Part shown: positions 43,233-54,288 of the stretch, one piece after another
Layout of the letters: each line of letters opens with the position of its first letter
Numbering within the stretch: position 1 is the stretch's first letter
Assembly: GCA_963749705.1 (NCBI GenBank)
Contig: CAVVNQ010000015.1
Coordinates: 96,001-160,000 of the forward strand
Origin: an uncultured Chloroflexia bacterium
Lineage (GTDB): Bacteria; Chloroflexota; Limnocylindria; Limnocylindrales; CSP1-4
Reading direction: 5' to 3'
DNA length: 64,000 nt
Position numbers and translations under genes: made by a program
The notes under the pieces: model-generated
What the model saw: only the letters and a program-made list of their open reading frames with translations
The model's database searches: none
What the model was told of the DNA's origin: nothing

Positions 43233-44828
43233 ATGACCGGCCGCGAGACGCCGTTTCGTCGCGTCCTGATCGCCAACCGCGGCGAGATCGCGGTCCGCAT
43301 CATCCGGGCCTGCCACGAGATGGGGATCGAGGCTGTCGCGGTGTACAGCGACGCCGACACGACGGCGGCCCACGTCCGTCTCGCCGACGTCGCGGTCCGG
43401 ATCGGGCCACCCGCGCCGACGGAGAGCTACCTCCGGATCGATGCCGTGGTCCAGGCGGCGATCGACACGGGCGCCGAGGCGATCCATCCCGGGTACGGCT
43501 TCCTCGCCGAGCGCGCGGCGTTCGCGCGCGCCGTCGAGGACGCGGGCCTCGTGTTCGTGGGCCCCGCGTCGGCCACCATCGAGGCCCTGGGCGACAAGCT
43601 CCACGCCCGACGGCTGGCGGCCAGGATCGATGTGCCGTCAGTGCCCGGGACCCTCGAGCCCGCTCCCGTCGATCGCCCGGACCAGGTCGCGGACATCGTC
43701 GCCACCGCGCGGACCATCGGCTTTCCGCTGCTGGTCAAGGCGGCCGCCGGCGGGGGAGGGCGGGGGATGCGTCGGGTCCTTCATGCCGACGATCTTGCCG
43801 CGGCGCTCGTCTCCGGGTCGCGCGAGGCTGCATCCGCGTTCGGTGACGGGTCCGTCTACCTGGAGCGCGAGATCCTCCCGGCGCGACATGTCGAGGTTCA
43901 GCTGCTCGGCGACGCCCACGGCAACGTCGTCGCGCTGGGAGAGCGCGACTGCTCGCTCCAGCGGCGTCACCAGAAGCTCGTGGAGGAGGCCCCCGCGCCC
44001 GGCCTGACCCCGGATCAGCGCCGGGAGCTGCACGAGCGCGCCGTGCGCCTGGCCCGCGCGGCCGACCTGCGCAACGCTGCCACCTGCGAGTTCCTGTATG
44101 ACACCGACGGTCGGTTCTGGTTCCTCGAGGTCAACACGCGGCTCCAGGTGGAGCACGGCGTGACCGAGCTCGTCACCGGCGTCGACATCGTTCGCGAGCA
44201 GCTCTGGATCGCCGCGGGCCGGCCCCTGTCGCCCGAGGTGGTTGCGGCCGGCGAGCGCGCGGCAGCGCCATCGAGCCACGCGATCGAGGTCCGGATCGCG
44301 GCCGAGGATCCGTCACGAGCGTTCGCCCCAACGCCCGGCCGGATCGGGCGGTGGGTGATGCCTGCCGGGCCCGGGATCCGGGTCGACACGGGGATCGAGG
44401 CTGACGACCTCGTGCCCCCGGACTACGACAACCTGATCGCCAAGCTGATGGTCCACGCGAACGATCGTGACGCGGCGATCGACCGGCTTGGACGGGCGCT
44501 GGACGAGACGGAGATCGGTGGCGTGCAGACGACGCTGCCCTTCCACCGGTTCGTCGCGCACAGCGACGCCTTCCGCGACGGCGAGCTGTCGACGGGTTGG
44601 GTGGACGGGCACTGGGACGGCGAGGCGGCCCGCGCGCAGGCAGCTCGAGTCGCGCTGCGCGCCGCGGGCCTGGCCGCGATCGCGGGTGACCTGGATGGCG
44701 TGGCACCGGTTGCAGCATCCCGCGCCCCGCTTGGTGCGGATGGCGCGCTCGCCGCCGAGTCTGCTGACGGCGCACGGGCGTGGCGTCGGTCGGGCCGCGC
44801 GCATGGGGTCGATCGATGGCCGAGCTGA
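43233..44828 (+). CDS. accC: Biotin carboxylase subunit
   Basis: IANRGEIA, HPGYGFLAE, GGGGRGM and FLEVNTRLQVEH motifs. Confidence 0.92.
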   Translation: MTGRETPFRRVLIANRGEIAVRIIRACHEMGIEAVAVYSDADTTAAHVRLADVAVRIGPPAPTESYLRIDAVVQAAIDTGAEAIHPGYGFLAERAAFARAVEDAGLVFVGPASATIEALGDKLHARRLAARIDVPSVPGTLEPAPVDRPDQVADIVATARTIGFPLLVKAAAGGGGRGMRRVLHADDLAAALVSGSREAASAFGDGSVYLEREILPARHVEVQLLGDAHGNVVALGERDCSLQRRHQKLVEEAPAPGLTPDQRRELHERAVRLARAADLRNAATCEFLYDTDGRFWFLEVNTRLQVEHGVTELVTGVDIVREQLWIAAGRPLSPEVVAAGERAAAPSSHAIEVRIAAEDPSRAFAPTPGRIGRWVMPAGPGIRVDTGIEADDLVPPDYDNLIAKLMVHANDRDAAIDRLGRALDETEIGGVQTTLPFHRFVAHSDAFRDGELSTGWVDGHWDGEAARAQAARVALRAAGLAAIAGDLDGVAPVAASRAPLGADGALAAESADGARAWRRSGRAHGVDRWPS

Positions 44829-45544
44829 CCACGGCTGTGCCCACCGATGGCCATGACCGGAGCGAGGACGCCGCGGCGGTGGCTGCGCCCGTGGCCGACG
44901 ATCCCCGGGCGGTCCGCGTCCGGCTCGCACCTGGATCGCAGCTCGGCGACGAGCCGGTGCTCCGCGTCGCGCCGGCGGCCGAGGTCCTCCAGCCGTCGAA
45001 CCCGACCGTCGGCGTCGGTCCGCTCGGTGGGGCCGCAGCTCCGGCCGCCGAGCCGGAGGGCGGGACTGTCCGTGCGCAAAGACACCCGCTGCTGGACGGC
45101 CAGGCCACTGATGCCGCGCTCCAGACCCTCGGGCGGGGACGGCTCATCCTCGACGAGGCCGGTCGTCGCACCCGCGTGGTGCTCGAGCCATACCGGGCCG
45201 CGCCGGGCCGCGTCGTGGTCCGGGAGGTCCTGGTCGACGGCTTCCGGTTCGAGGTGGAGCTGGAGCCCGAGCGGATCGCCGCCCTCCGCGAGCGGGCGAC
45301 CAAGGGCCGCGAGTCGAGCGCCCACCGCGGGCCGCTCGAGGTCCGGGCGATCATCCCGGGCAAGGTCGTGGCCGTGTCCGTGGGCCCCGGCGACGAGGTC
45401 ACGGCGGGCCAGCAGCTGCTGGTGGTCGAGGCGATGAAGATGCAGAACGAGCTGCGGGCGCCGCGGGATGGCACGATCGACCGGGTCGCGGTTGCGCAGG
45501 GCGTCAACATCGAGGTCGGCGACCTGCTGATGGTCATCAGCTGA
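44816..45544 (+). CDS. Biotin carboxyl carrier protein
   Basis: C-terminal biotinyl domain with EAMKM. Confidence 0.9.
   Translation: MAELTTAVPTDGHDRSEDAAAVAAPVADDPRAVRVRLAPGSQLGDEPVLRVAPAAEVLQPSNPTVGVGPLGGAAAPAAEPEGGTVRAQRHPLLDGQATDAALQTLGRGRLILDEAGRRTRVVLEPYRAAPGRVVVREVLVDGFRFEVELEPERIAALRERATKGRESSAHRGPLEVRAIIPGKVVAVSVGPGDEVTAGQQLLVVEAMKMQNELRAPRDGTIDRVAVAQGVNIEVGDLLMVIS
45067..45084. other. Putative parS-like palindrome, copy 4 (inside the biotin carrier gene)
   Basis: TGTCCGTGCGCAAAGACA. Confidence 0.6.
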
Positions 45545-45555
45545 CGGAGGTATCG

Positions 45556-47226
45556 GTGAGCGACGAGGCAACGGCGGATCCGGCGGTCGAGCGCTGGCGT
45601 GCCACGACGCGCGCCCGCGCGCTGGCCGCGTCGCCGGAGCACGGGCGGTTCGCGACGACCTCGGAGATCCCGATCGCCGACGTCTACACCCCCGCCGACG
45701 TCGATGACCTGGATCCCGCCCGGGACCTGGGCCTGCCGGGCGAGTACCCGTTCACGCGCGGCGTCCAGCCGACCATGTACCGATCGCGGCTGTGGACGAT
45801 GCGCCAGTACGCCGGGTTCGCGACGGCGGCCGAGACCAACGAGCGGTTCCGGTACCTGCTGTCGCAGGGGCAGACGGGGCTGTCCGTCGCGTTCGACCTG
45901 CCAACCCAGATGGGCTACGACGCCGATGCCCCGGAGGCCGAGGGCGAGGTCGGCCGGGTGGGCGTCCCGGTCTCGTCGCTCGCCGACATGGAGGTCCTGT
46001 TCGCCGGCATCCCGTTGGGCGAGGTCAGCACCTCGATGACGATCAATGCCACGGCTCCCATCCTGCTCGCGCTGTACGTCGCGGCGGCGGAGAAGCAGGG
46101 GGTCGCGCGGGCGGCCGTGTCGGGGACCACCCAGAACGACATCCTCAAGGAGTACATCGCCCGCGGCACCTGGATCTACCCGCCTCGGGTATCGATGCGG
46201 CTGGTCACCGACGTGTTCGAGTTCGCCACCCGCGAACTGCCCCGCTGGAACACGATCAGCATCTCCGGGTACCACATGCGCGAGGCCGGGGCGACCGCCG
46301 CCCAGGAGCTGGCGTTCACGCTTGCCGACGGCATCGCCTACGTCGAGGCGGCGCTGTCCCGCGGGCTCGCCGTGGACGACGTCGCGCCCCGGCTGTCGTT
46401 CTTCTTCGCAGCGTGGTCGGAGCTGTTCGAGGAGGTCGCGAAGTTCCGGGCCGCGCGCCGGATGTGGGCGCGGATCATGAAGGAGCGGTTCGGCGCATCG
46501 AACGCTCGTTCGATGATGTGCCGGTTCCATACGCAGACGGCCGGGTCCTCGCTGACCGCCCAGTCGATCGACAACAACGTGGTCCGCACCACGCTCCAGG
46601 CCCTCGCCGCCGTCCTCGGGGGAACCCAGAGCCTGCACACGAACTCGCGCGACGAGGCGCTCGCGCTGCCGACGGCCGAGGCCGCGCGGCTCGCGCTCCG
46701 GACGCAGCAGATCATCGCCCACGAGGCGGGCGTGACCGAGACCCCGGACCCGCTGGCGGGGTCGTACTTCGTGGAGTCGCTGACCAGCGAGCTCGAGGCG
46801 GCCGCGTCCGCCTACCTCGACGAGATCGACGCGATGGGCGGCACGCTCTCGGCGATCGAGGGCGGCTTCCAGCAGCGGCAGATCCAGGAGTCGGCCTACC
46901 GGGTCCAGCGGGAGATCGAGCGTGGCGACCGCATCGTGGTCGGCGTCAACCGGTACCGGGACGAGGACACGCCGACGCGACCGGCGCTCCAGCGGATCGA
47001 CCCGGACGGCGAGCGGCGCCAGGTTGCCGGGATCCGCGCGGTTCGCGACGGGCGCGATCCCGCTGCCTGGGACCGGGCCATGCGCCGCCTCGAGGACGAG
47101 GCCCGCGGGGAGGCCAACCTGCTGCCCGCGATCATCGAGGCCGTCGCGGCCTACGCCACCGTGGGCGAGATCGCCGACCGCCTGCGGACGACCTGGGGCG
47201 TCCATCGCGAGCTGATCACGGTCTGA
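45556..47226 (+). CDS. Methylmalonyl-CoA mutase, substrate-binding (large) subunit
   Basis: [26 protein letters not shown] and ISISGYH motifs; no B12-binding domain. Confidence 0.93.
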   Translation: MSDEATADPAVERWRATTRARALAASPEHGRFATTSEIPIADVYTPADVDDLDPARDLGLPGEYPFTRGVQPTMYRSRLWTMRQYAGFATAAETNERFRYLLSQGQTGLSVAFDLPTQMGYDADAPEAEGEVGRVGVPVSSLADMEVLFAGIPLGEVSTSMTINATAPILLALYVAAAEKQGVARAAVSGTTQNDILKEYIARGTWIYPPRVSMRLVTDVFEFATRELPRWNTISISGYHMREAGATAAQELAFTLADGIAYVEAALSRGLAVDDVAPRLSFFFAAWSELFEEVAKFRAARRMWARIMKERFGASNARSMMCRFHTQTAGSSLTAQSIDNNVVRTTLQALAAVLGGTQSLHTNSRDEALALPTAEAARLALRTQQIIAHEAGVTETPDPLAGSYFVESLTSELEAAASAYLDEIDAMGGTLSAIEGGFQQRQIQESAYRVQREIERGDRIVVGVNRYRDEDTPTRPALQRIDPDGERRQVAGIRAVRDGRDPAAWDRAMRRLEDEARGEANLLPAIIEAVAAYATVGEIADRLRTTWGVHRELITV

Positions 47227-47238
47227 GGAGGCCCTCGC

Positions 47239-47721
47239 ATGCCGGATCTGCCGGATTCCACACACCTGCCCGCCGCGATCGGCCGGCTGGGGCGGGTCCA
47301 TCACGTCGCGGTCATCGTGTCGGACCTGGACCGGGCGCTCGGCTTCTGGCGCGATGCGCTTGGCCTGCCGGTCGAGCTGGTGCTGCCGATCGAGACCGAC
47401 GGCGTCACCATCGCGTTCCTGCCGGTGGGGGAGTCGAAGGTCGAGCTGGTGATGCCGACCGACGATACGACGGGCGTGGCGCGCTTCCTGGCCAGCAAGG
47501 GCGAGGGGTTCCACCACGTGTGCTTCGAGGTCGCGAACCTCGCCGAGACGCTGCTGCGGCTGGAGGTCGACGGCATCGAGCTGATCGACAGCGCCCCCCG
47601 GAAGGGTGCCGAGGGGCCGGTCGCCTTCCTCCATCCCAGGTCGTGCCACGGCGTGCTGGTCGAACTGATCGAGGCGCCCGGCGGTCCCTCCTGGCCGATC
47701 CTCGGCTATCCGCCCGCCTGA
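47239..47721 (+). CDS. mce: Methylmalonyl-CoA epimerase
   Basis: VHHVAV, GEGFHHVCFEV and AFLHP..GVLVEL motifs. Confidence 0.92.
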   Translation: MPDLPDSTHLPAAIGRLGRVHHVAVIVSDLDRALGFWRDALGLPVELVLPIETDGVTIAFLPVGESKVELVMPTDDTTGVARFLASKGEGFHHVCFEVANLAETLLRLEVDGIELIDSAPRKGAEGPVAFLHPRSCHGVLVELIEAPGGPSWPILGYPPA

Positions 47722-47835
47722 GCTCCTCCGGCAGCGTGCCGGCCCTTGCTCCCGAGCGCCGGCTGAGATAGTCGGGCCGGGGCCATCACCCGGCGGCGGG
47801 AGCGGGCAACCCGCTCGACGTCCGGCCCCGGGCGT

Positions 47836-48306
47836 TCAGAACGCCCAGGCGAACACCACGTCCCGGGCGCCGGCAGAGGCGCGGGCGAACAGGACGATCC
47901 GGCCCGTGAGATCGCGGATCCACGGCTTCTCTTCGCGCGGCAGCAGCCCCAGCTCCTCTTCGAGCAGGTCGATCCAGCGACCCGCGAGCGGAGCGATCTG
48001 ATCGTCGGTGACCAGGGCGACCGTCTCGACCCACTGGCGATCGACCCGCTCCACGATCCGCTCGGTCATGTCGTCGGCGCCATCGAGGTCCGAGCGCGCG
48101 TCGAGGAAGTCGACCGGCAGGTCTGATTCGGTCACCGCCCGAACCGCCTCCGAGAACAGGTCCAGCCAGGTTGGATCGAGCCCGCCGCCGAGCGGGAGGT
48201 GGGCGTCGAACCGTGCCGGGTCGTCGAACGCGGCGACATCGTCGATCGAGAGCGTCAGGACGACATCGCGGGCGTCGCCCGCGACCAGGTCCATGAGACT
48301 GCCCAT
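47836..48306 (-). CDS. Hypothetical acidic protein
   Basis: Globular-looking ORF downstream of sucD. Confidence 0.7.
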   Translation of the reverse strand: MGSLMDLVAGDARDVVLTLSIDDVAAFDDPARFDAHLPLGGGLDPTWLDLFSEAVRAVTESDLPVDFLDARSDLDGADDMTERIVERVDRQWVETVALVTDDQIAPLAGRWIDLLEEELGLLPREEKPWIRDLTGRIVLFARASAGARDVVFAWAF

Positions 48307-48385
48307 CTGCGCCGGAGCGCCGATCCTCCTTCCGGTGTGGCACTCCGGGATCCGGTGCGCCTCACGCCAAAGTCTACCCGCGCGG

Positions 48386-49270
48386 TCAGCCCCGGTAGCC
48401 CGCCTCGCGGAGCAGCGCCGGCAGCTCGGTCGGGGAGCCGGCGACCCGGAACCCCGCAGCCTCGAGCGCCGTGACCTTGGATGCGGCCGTGCCGCGGCCG
48501 CCCGAGATGATCGCGCCGGCGTGACCCATCCGCTTGCCCTCGGGGGCGGTGCGGCCGGCGATGAACGCGACCTTGGGGACGTCGGCCATGTGCTCCGCGG
48601 CCCAGGCCGCCGCCTCCTCCTCCGCCGAGCCGCCGATCTCGCCGATGAGGACGAGCGCCTCGGTCTCCGGATCCGCGGCGAACAGGCGGAGCACGTCGAG
48701 GAACTGGCTCCCGATCACGGGATCGCCGCCGATGCCCACGCACGTGGATTGCCCCAGCCCGGCATCGGTCATGGCCTGGACGGCCTCGTACGTGAGCGTC
48801 CCGGAGCGCGACACGACGCCCACCCGGCCTTCGAGGTGGATCGAGCCCGGGATGATCCCGACCTTGGCCCGTCCGGGCGATGTGGCGCCCGGGCAGTTGG
48901 GGCCGATCAGCCGGGCACCGGCGCGCTGGACGACCTCGACCACGGGCACCATGTCCAGCGCCGGGATCCCCTCGGTGATGCAGAAGATCGTGCTGATCCC
49001 TGCGTCCACGGCCTCGAGCACCGAGTCGGGCGCACCGGCCGCGGGCACGAAGATGCACGACGTGTTGGCGCCGGTCTCGCGCACGGCGTCGGCCACCGTG
49101 TTGAACACGGGCACGCGCCCGTCGAGCGCGGTCTGCCCGCCCTTGCCGGGTGTCATGCCGGCCACGATGTTCGTTCCGTACTCGAGCATCGCCGCGCTGT
49201 GGAAGCCGCCCTCGCGACCGGTGATGCCGTGGACGACGAGCCGTGTCTCGTTTCCGATCAGGATGCTCAC
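48386..49270 (-). CDS. sucD: Succinyl-CoA ligase alpha subunit
   Basis: [23 protein letters not shown] and RMGHAGA motifs. Confidence 0.97.
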   Translation of the reverse strand: MSILIGNETRLVVHGITGREGGFHSAAMLEYGTNIVAGMTPGKGGQTALDGRVPVFNTVADAVRETGANTSCIFVPAAGAPDSVLEAVDAGISTIFCITEGIPALDMVPVVEVVQRAGARLIGPNCPGATSPGRAKVGIIPGSIHLEGRVGVVSRSGTLTYEAVQAMTDAGLGQSTCVGIGGDPVIGSQFLDVLRLFAADPETEALVLIGEIGGSAEEEAAAWAAEHMADVPKVAFIAGRTAPEGKRMGHAGAIISGGRGTAASKVTALEAAGFRVAGSPTELPALLREAGYRG

Positions 49271-50451
49271 GCCGCCACCCCCTTCGCCGCCGCGACGGCC
49301 TTGGCCGCTGCTTCGTCCAGGCTGACGGCCGTCTCGAACCGGGCGGCGCGCAGCAGCTCCGCCGCCTCGTCCGCGTTGGTGCCGACGATGCGCACCACCA
49401 TCGGGACGTCGCGCACCTGCTGGGCGCGGGCGTCGATCAGGCCATGCGCGACCTCGTCGCCGCGGGTGATGCCGCCGAAGATGTTGACCAGGATCGCCTT
49501 GACATTGGCATCGGCGAGGATGAGCCGCATCGCGGCCGCGACACGGTCCGCCTTGGCGCCACCGCCGATGTCCAGGAAGTTGGCCGGCTCGCCGCCCGCC
49601 CGATGGACGAGGTCCATGGTCGTCATCGCCAGCCCGGCGCCGTTGACCATGCACCCGATGTCGCCCTCGAGCTTGATGAACGTGAGGTCGTACCGGCGCG
49701 CCTCGACGTCGGTCGGATCCTCCGCGTCGAGGTCCCGCAGCTGCTCCAGCTGGGGGTGACGGGGGAGCGCCGAGTCATCGACCGTGATCTTGGCGTCGAG
49801 GCACACCAGCCGGTCGACCTGCGTGCCGTCGGCGTTGTGCTCGCGGATGACCGCCAGCGGGTTGATCTCCACCAGGTCCGCGTCGTAGGCGAGCATCGTC
49901 TTGAGCAAGCCCTTGGCGATGGCCGCGCCGGCCTTCCACTGGGCGCCGAACCCGATCGAGAACGCCAGCCGCCGTGCCGCGTGGTCGGGCAGGCCGAGCA
50001 GCGGGTCGACGTGCTGGTAGACGATCGCGCCGGGATTGTCGACGGCGACCTGCTCGATCTCGACCCCGCCCTCGGCGGAGCCGATGAACATCAGCTGGCG
50101 GGTGGCTCGATCGAGGACGACCGAGAGGTAGTACTCCTTGACGATCTCCGCTGCCGGCCCGACCAGCACGCGCCGGACCGGGAGCCCCTTGATCTCGAGC
50201 GCGAAGATCTGCGCCGCGACGTCCTCGGCCTCGTCCGCGGTGGCGGCCAGCCGCACGCCGCCTGCCTTGCCGCGTCCGCCGACCAGCACCTGGGCCTTGA
50301 TGACGACCTTGCCGGTGGCGTTGGCCGGGTCGTCGAGGAATCGAACGGCCGCCGCTCGGGCCTGGGTGGGCGTCCTCGCCACCTCCCAGGCCGGAACCGG
50401 CAGGCCCTGGGCGACGAGCAGCGACTTCGCGTCGGCTTCGTGGATCTTCAC
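49267..50451 (-). CDS. sucC: Succinyl-CoA ligase beta subunit
   Basis: [30 protein letters not shown] and NFLDIGGG motifs. Confidence 0.97.
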   Translation of the reverse strand: MKIHEADAKSLLVAQGLPVPAWEVARTPTQARAAAVRFLDDPANATGKVVIKAQVLVGGRGKAGGVRLAATADEAEDVAAQIFALEIKGLPVRRVLVGPAAEIVKEYYLSVVLDRATRQLMFIGSAEGGVEIEQVAVDNPGAIVYQHVDPLLGLPDHAARRLAFSIGFGAQWKAGAAIAKGLLKTMLAYDADLVEINPLAVIREHNADGTQVDRLVCLDAKITVDDSALPRHPQLEQLRDLDAEDPTDVEARRYDLTFIKLEGDIGCMVNGAGLAMTTMDLVHRAGGEPANFLDIGGGAKADRVAAAMRLILADANVKAILVNIFGGITRGDEVAHGLIDARAQQVRDVPMVVRIVGTNADEAAELLRAARFETAVSLDEAAAKAVAAAKGVAA

Positions 50452-50693
50452 GCGACGGGCAAGACCTCCTGGCAAACACGGGTGGGCGGAGCCCGATCAT
50501 AGCGGCCGGGCTCCCGGGTCGCTGAGACGAACGGACCCGTCGATGGGCGCCATCCGGCCCCATCGCGGCGCAGCGTCGAACGCGGCCGTTCGGCCCGGTC
50601 ATCGGGCGCCCGTCAGAACGACGGGCGGAATGGCCTGCTGAGCGGGGGCCCGAAGTCAGCGCCCGACCGGTTCCACCCGGCTAGAATGCCTGC

Positions 50694-51716
50694 ATGCCCC
50701 ACCGAGTCACCCTCATCCCCGGCGACGGCATCGGGCCGGAGCTGGCGGAGGCAACACGTCGTGTCCTCGATGCCTCGGGCGTCGCATTCGAATGGGAGGT
50801 CCAGCACGCCGGCGAGGCCGTGATGGCCCAGTACGGCACGCCGTTGCCGGAGCACGTGCTGGAGTCGATCCGCCGCAACAAGGTCGCGCTCAAGGGTCCC
50901 ATCACGACCCCCGTCGGCGCCGGCTTCCGGAGCGTCAATGTCGCGCTGCGCCAGACCCTCGGCCTGTACGCGAACCTCCGCCCGGCACGGTCGATCAAGG
51001 GCCTCGTGACGCGCTACGAGGACGTGGACCTGATCATCGTCCGTGAGAACACCGAGGACCTGTACGCGGGCATCGAGCACATGGTCGGCCGGGACGCCGC
51101 GGAGAGCATCAAGATCATCACCCGCGAGGCGTCCGAGCGGATCGCCCGGTTCGCGTTCGAGTACGCCGTGGCCAACCGCCGCCACAAGGTCACCGCGGTT
51201 CACAAGGCCAACATCATGAAGTTCTCGGACGGGCTGTTCCTCGAGAGCTGCCGCACGATCGCCGCGGACTACGCCGGGAAGATCGAGTTCGAGGATCGGA
51301 TCGTCGACAACATGTGCATGCAGCTGGTCCAGAAGCCGGAGCTGTACGACGTGATGGTGCTGCCGAACCTGTACGGCGACATCGTCAGCGACCTGTGCGC
51401 CGGCCTCGTCGGCGGGCTGGGGGTCGCGCCCGGGGCCAACATCGGCCTCGAGGCTTCGGTGTTCGAGCCCGTGCACGGCTCGGCGCCCAAGTACGCCGGC
51501 CTGAACAAGGCCAACCCGACGGCGCTGATGCTGTCGGGGGTCCTCATGCTGCGCCACCTTGGCGAGCAGGCCGCCGCAGAGCGCGTCGAGACGGCGCTGC
51601 GCGCGGTCATCGCCGAGGGCAGGCACGTCACCTACGACCTCGGCGGCGACGCTGGAACCAGCGGCTTCGCCGACGCGATCATCGAGCGGCTCGGCACGTC
51701 CGTGGCCGCCTCCTGA
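50694..51716 (+). CDS. icd: Isocitrate dehydrogenase (IDH/IPMDH family, NAD-type)
   Basis: [29 protein letters not shown] and EPVHGSAP motifs; TCA context. Confidence 0.85.
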   Translation: MPHRVTLIPGDGIGPELAEATRRVLDASGVAFEWEVQHAGEAVMAQYGTPLPEHVLESIRRNKVALKGPITTPVGAGFRSVNVALRQTLGLYANLRPARSIKGLVTRYEDVDLIIVRENTEDLYAGIEHMVGRDAAESIKIITREASERIARFAFEYAVANRRHKVTAVHKANIMKFSDGLFLESCRTIAADYAGKIEFEDRIVDNMCMQLVQKPELYDVMVLPNLYGDIVSDLCAGLVGGLGVAPGANIGLEASVFEPVHGSAPKYAGLNKANPTALMLSGVLMLRHLGEQAAAERVETALRAVIAEGRHVTYDLGGDAGTSGFADAIIERLGTSVAAS

Positions 51717-51734
51717 CCCGGCTTCGGCCGGGTC
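51715..51734 (+). other. cUUCGg tetraloop hairpin between icd and sdhC
   Basis: GACCCGGC-TTCG-GCCGGGTC. Confidence 0.55.
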
Positions 51735-51751
51735 ACAGCAACGGAGGCTCC

Positions 51752-52135
51752 ATGCTCCTGCGGTATCGGGGCAGCGAAGGGATGCTCGCCTGGGCGTTCC
51801 ACCGCATCTCGGGAATCGCCATCTGGCTGTTCATCCTGCTCCACGTCCTCGACATCTGGCTGGTGGGCGCGAACCCCGGGCTGTACGACGAGGTGCTGCA
51901 GATCTACGCGAGCCCGGGCGGTCGCGTCATGGAGTCGCTGCTCGGCGCCGCGCTCCTGTACCACGCGCTCAACGGCCTGCGGATCATCATCATGGACTTC
52001 TGGCCGGCGATGACGAACTACCACAAGCAGCTGTGGTACGCGAACTGGGTGCTGTTCGCGGTCATCGGGCTGCCGATCCTGGTCCAGATCATGGCCCCGG
52101 CCTTCGGGTTCGCGGCACCATTCAGGTTCCAGTGA
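51752..52135 (+). CDS. sdhC: Succinate dehydrogenase cytochrome b556 subunit
   Basis: FHRISG and YHALNGLRI motifs. Confidence 0.93.
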   Translation: MLLRYRGSEGMLAWAFHRISGIAIWLFILLHVLDIWLVGANPGLYDEVLQIYASPGGRVMESLLGAALLYHALNGLRIIIMDFWPAMTNYHKQLWYANWVLFAVIGLPILVQIMAPAFGFAAPFRFQ

Positions 52136-52527
52136 TGTCCTACAACGTCACGCGCTCCGGTCGTGCCCGGCCCCAGGGAGGCGGCTGGGAGCTCGTCATC
52201 TGGTACCTGATGCGGCTTACCGGCCTGGGCCTGTTCGTCACCGCGCTCGGCCACTACATCATCGTCCACTTCCTGTTCGACCCGTCCGAGCAGACGGCCA
52301 AGTGGATCACCGACGAGCGGTGGGGGAACATCGCCTGGCGGACCGTCGACTGGCTGATGCTCACGTTCGTCGTGTTCCACGCGTTCATGGGGCTGCGGAC
52401 GGTGGTCCAGGACTACACCACCGGCGGTGTGCGAACGCTGCTCACGATGGGCCTCTACCTGGGCGCGATCGTGCTGTTCGCGATGGGCACCATCGTCGTC
52501 GCCACGCTCCAGTTCCCGACACCATGA
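52135..52527 (+). CDS. sdhD: Succinate dehydrogenase membrane anchor
   Basis: MRLTG and FHAFMGLRTVVQDY motifs. Confidence 0.9.
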   Translation: MSYNVTRSGRARPQGGGWELVIWYLMRLTGLGLFVTALGHYIIVHFLFDPSEQTAKWITDERWGNIAWRTVDWLMLTFVVFHAFMGLRTVVQDYTTGGVRTLLTMGLYLGAIVLFAMGTIVVATLQFPTP

Positions 52528-54272
52528 TCCGCGACCACGAAGCCCTGATCGTCGGCGCCGGCGGCGCCGGACTGTGGGCCGCGCTCGAGCTCGCCCGGGC
52601 GGGCGTCGACTCCGCGGTGCTCACCAAGCTGTACCCGACCCGCTCCCATACCGGCGCCGCCCAGGGCGGCGTGTGTGCCGCCCTGGGCAACCAGGAGGAG
52701 GACCACTGGGAGTGGCACATGTTCGACACCATCAAGGGTGGCGACTACCTCGTCGACCAGGACGCCGCCGAGGTCCTCGCGCGCGAGGCGATCGAGACGG
52801 TGATCGAGCTCGAGCACATGGGCCTGCCGTTCAACCGCACCGCGGACGGGAAGATCGACCAGCGGCGGTTCGGCGGCCACACCCGGAACTACGGGGAGGC
52901 CGCGGTCAAGCGCGCCTGCTTCGCGGCCGATCGAACCGGCCACATGATCCTCCAGACCCTGTACCAGCAGTGCCTCAAGCACGGGGTCAAGTTCTACGAC
53001 GAATACCACGTCGTCGACCTGATCACCGAGGGCGGCGAGCTGGGCGAGGGCGGGCGAGCCGCGGGGGTCGTCGCGTACCGGATCGCCGACGGAGAGCTGG
53101 TCACCCTGCGGTCGAAGGCCGTGCTGCTCGCGACCGGCGGGTTCGGACGCATGTTCCGCGTCACCTCGAACGCCTGGAGCCTCACCGGCGACGGCGTCTC
53201 GCTCGCGTACCGACACGGCGTCCCGATGCAGGACATGGAGTTCTACCAGTTCCACCCGACCGGGATCGTGGGAATCGGCATCCTGCTGTCCGAGGCGGCC
53301 CGCGGCGAGGGCGCGTACCTCCTCGACAACGACGGCTTCCGGTTCATGGAGCGGTACGCCCCCAAGCTGATGGAGCTGGCGCCGCGCGACATGGTCAGCC
53401 GCGCGATCTACCAGGAGATCCGCGCCGGGCGCGGCATCGACGGCAAGGACTACGTCTACCTCGACGTCCGCCACCTCGGCCGCAAGGTCATCGACGAGAA
53501 GCTGCCGGACATCACCGACTTCGTCCGCGTCTACCAGGGCGTCGAGCCATACACCGAGCCGATCCCGATCCAGCCCACCGCGCACTACGCGATGGGTGGC
53601 ATCCCGACCAACCTGCTCACCCAGGTGACCCGCGACGCTGCCAGCACAGTCGTGCCGGGGCTGTACGCCGCGGGCGAGGCCGCCTGCGTGTCCGTCCACG
53701 GCGCGAATCGCCTGGGAACGAACTCGCTCGTCGACCTGCTCGTGTTCGGGCGCCGGGCCGGGCGGCAGATGACCCTGGACGTCAAGGGGCTCGGGGTCCC
53801 GGAGATCTCGCCCGACGTGATGGAGCCGGTACGCGCCGAGATCGAGGCGATCCGCGGCCGCGCCAAGGGCGAGCGCAAGGAAGCGATCCGGACCGAGCTC
53901 GCGGACGTGATGATGGACGACGCCGGTGTCTACCGGGACGCCGAGGGCCTGGAGCGGGCGCGAGCCAAGGTGGCCGACCTCCGGGGCCGCTACGACGCCG
54001 TGTCCATCGACGACAAGGGGACGACGTTCAACACGGACCTGCTCGAGGCGCGCGAGGTGGGCTACCTGCTCGACTGCGCGGAGACGATGGTGGCGGCGTG
54101 CATCAATCGCAAGGAGAGCCGCGGTGCGCACAGCCGGGAGGACTATCCGGAACGCGACGACGTGAACTTCCTCAGCCATTCGCTCGCGACGATGGGCGCA
54201 GACGGGGCGGTCGAGCTGGCCTACAAGCCGGTCACGATCACCAAGTTCCAGCCCAAGCCGCGTGTCTACTAG
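52524..54272 (+). CDS. sdhA: Succinate dehydrogenase flavoprotein
   Basis: RSHTGAAQGG, QFHPTG, HYAMGG and HGANRLG motifs. Confidence 0.97.
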   Translation: MIRDHEALIVGAGGAGLWAALELARAGVDSAVLTKLYPTRSHTGAAQGGVCAALGNQEEDHWEWHMFDTIKGGDYLVDQDAAEVLAREAIETVIELEHMGLPFNRTADGKIDQRRFGGHTRNYGEAAVKRACFAADRTGHMILQTLYQQCLKHGVKFYDEYHVVDLITEGGELGEGGRAAGVVAYRIADGELVTLRSKAVLLATGGFGRMFRVTSNAWSLTGDGVSLAYRHGVPMQDMEFYQFHPTGIVGIGILLSEAARGEGAYLLDNDGFRFMERYAPKLMELAPRDMVSRAIYQEIRAGRGIDGKDYVYLDVRHLGRKVIDEKLPDITDFVRVYQGVEPYTEPIPIQPTAHYAMGGIPTNLLTQVTRDAASTVVPGLYAAGEAACVSVHGANRLGTNSLVDLLVFGRRAGRQMTLDVKGLGVPEISPDVMEPVRAEIEAIRGRAKGERKEAIRTELADVMMDDAGVYRDAEGLERARAKVADLRGRYDAVSIDDKGTTFNTDLLEAREVGYLLDCAETMVAACINRKESRGAHSREDYPERDDVNFLSHSLATMGADGAVELAYKPVTITKFQPKPRVY

Positions 54273-54288
54273 GGCGGGGGAGCGACCG

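Noticed and set aside
44173-47649. 1158-aa minus-strand ORF and other long antisense ORFs (e.g. 982-3072, 12690-14996, 52455-54179)
   Set aside because: Shadow ORFs opposite well-supported genes, which are expected in high-GC DNA.
41488-50554. Shared CCCATCGACGG motif near the pccB and sucC/icd promoters
   Set aside because: Short, GC-rich and only two instances; not distinguishable from chance.
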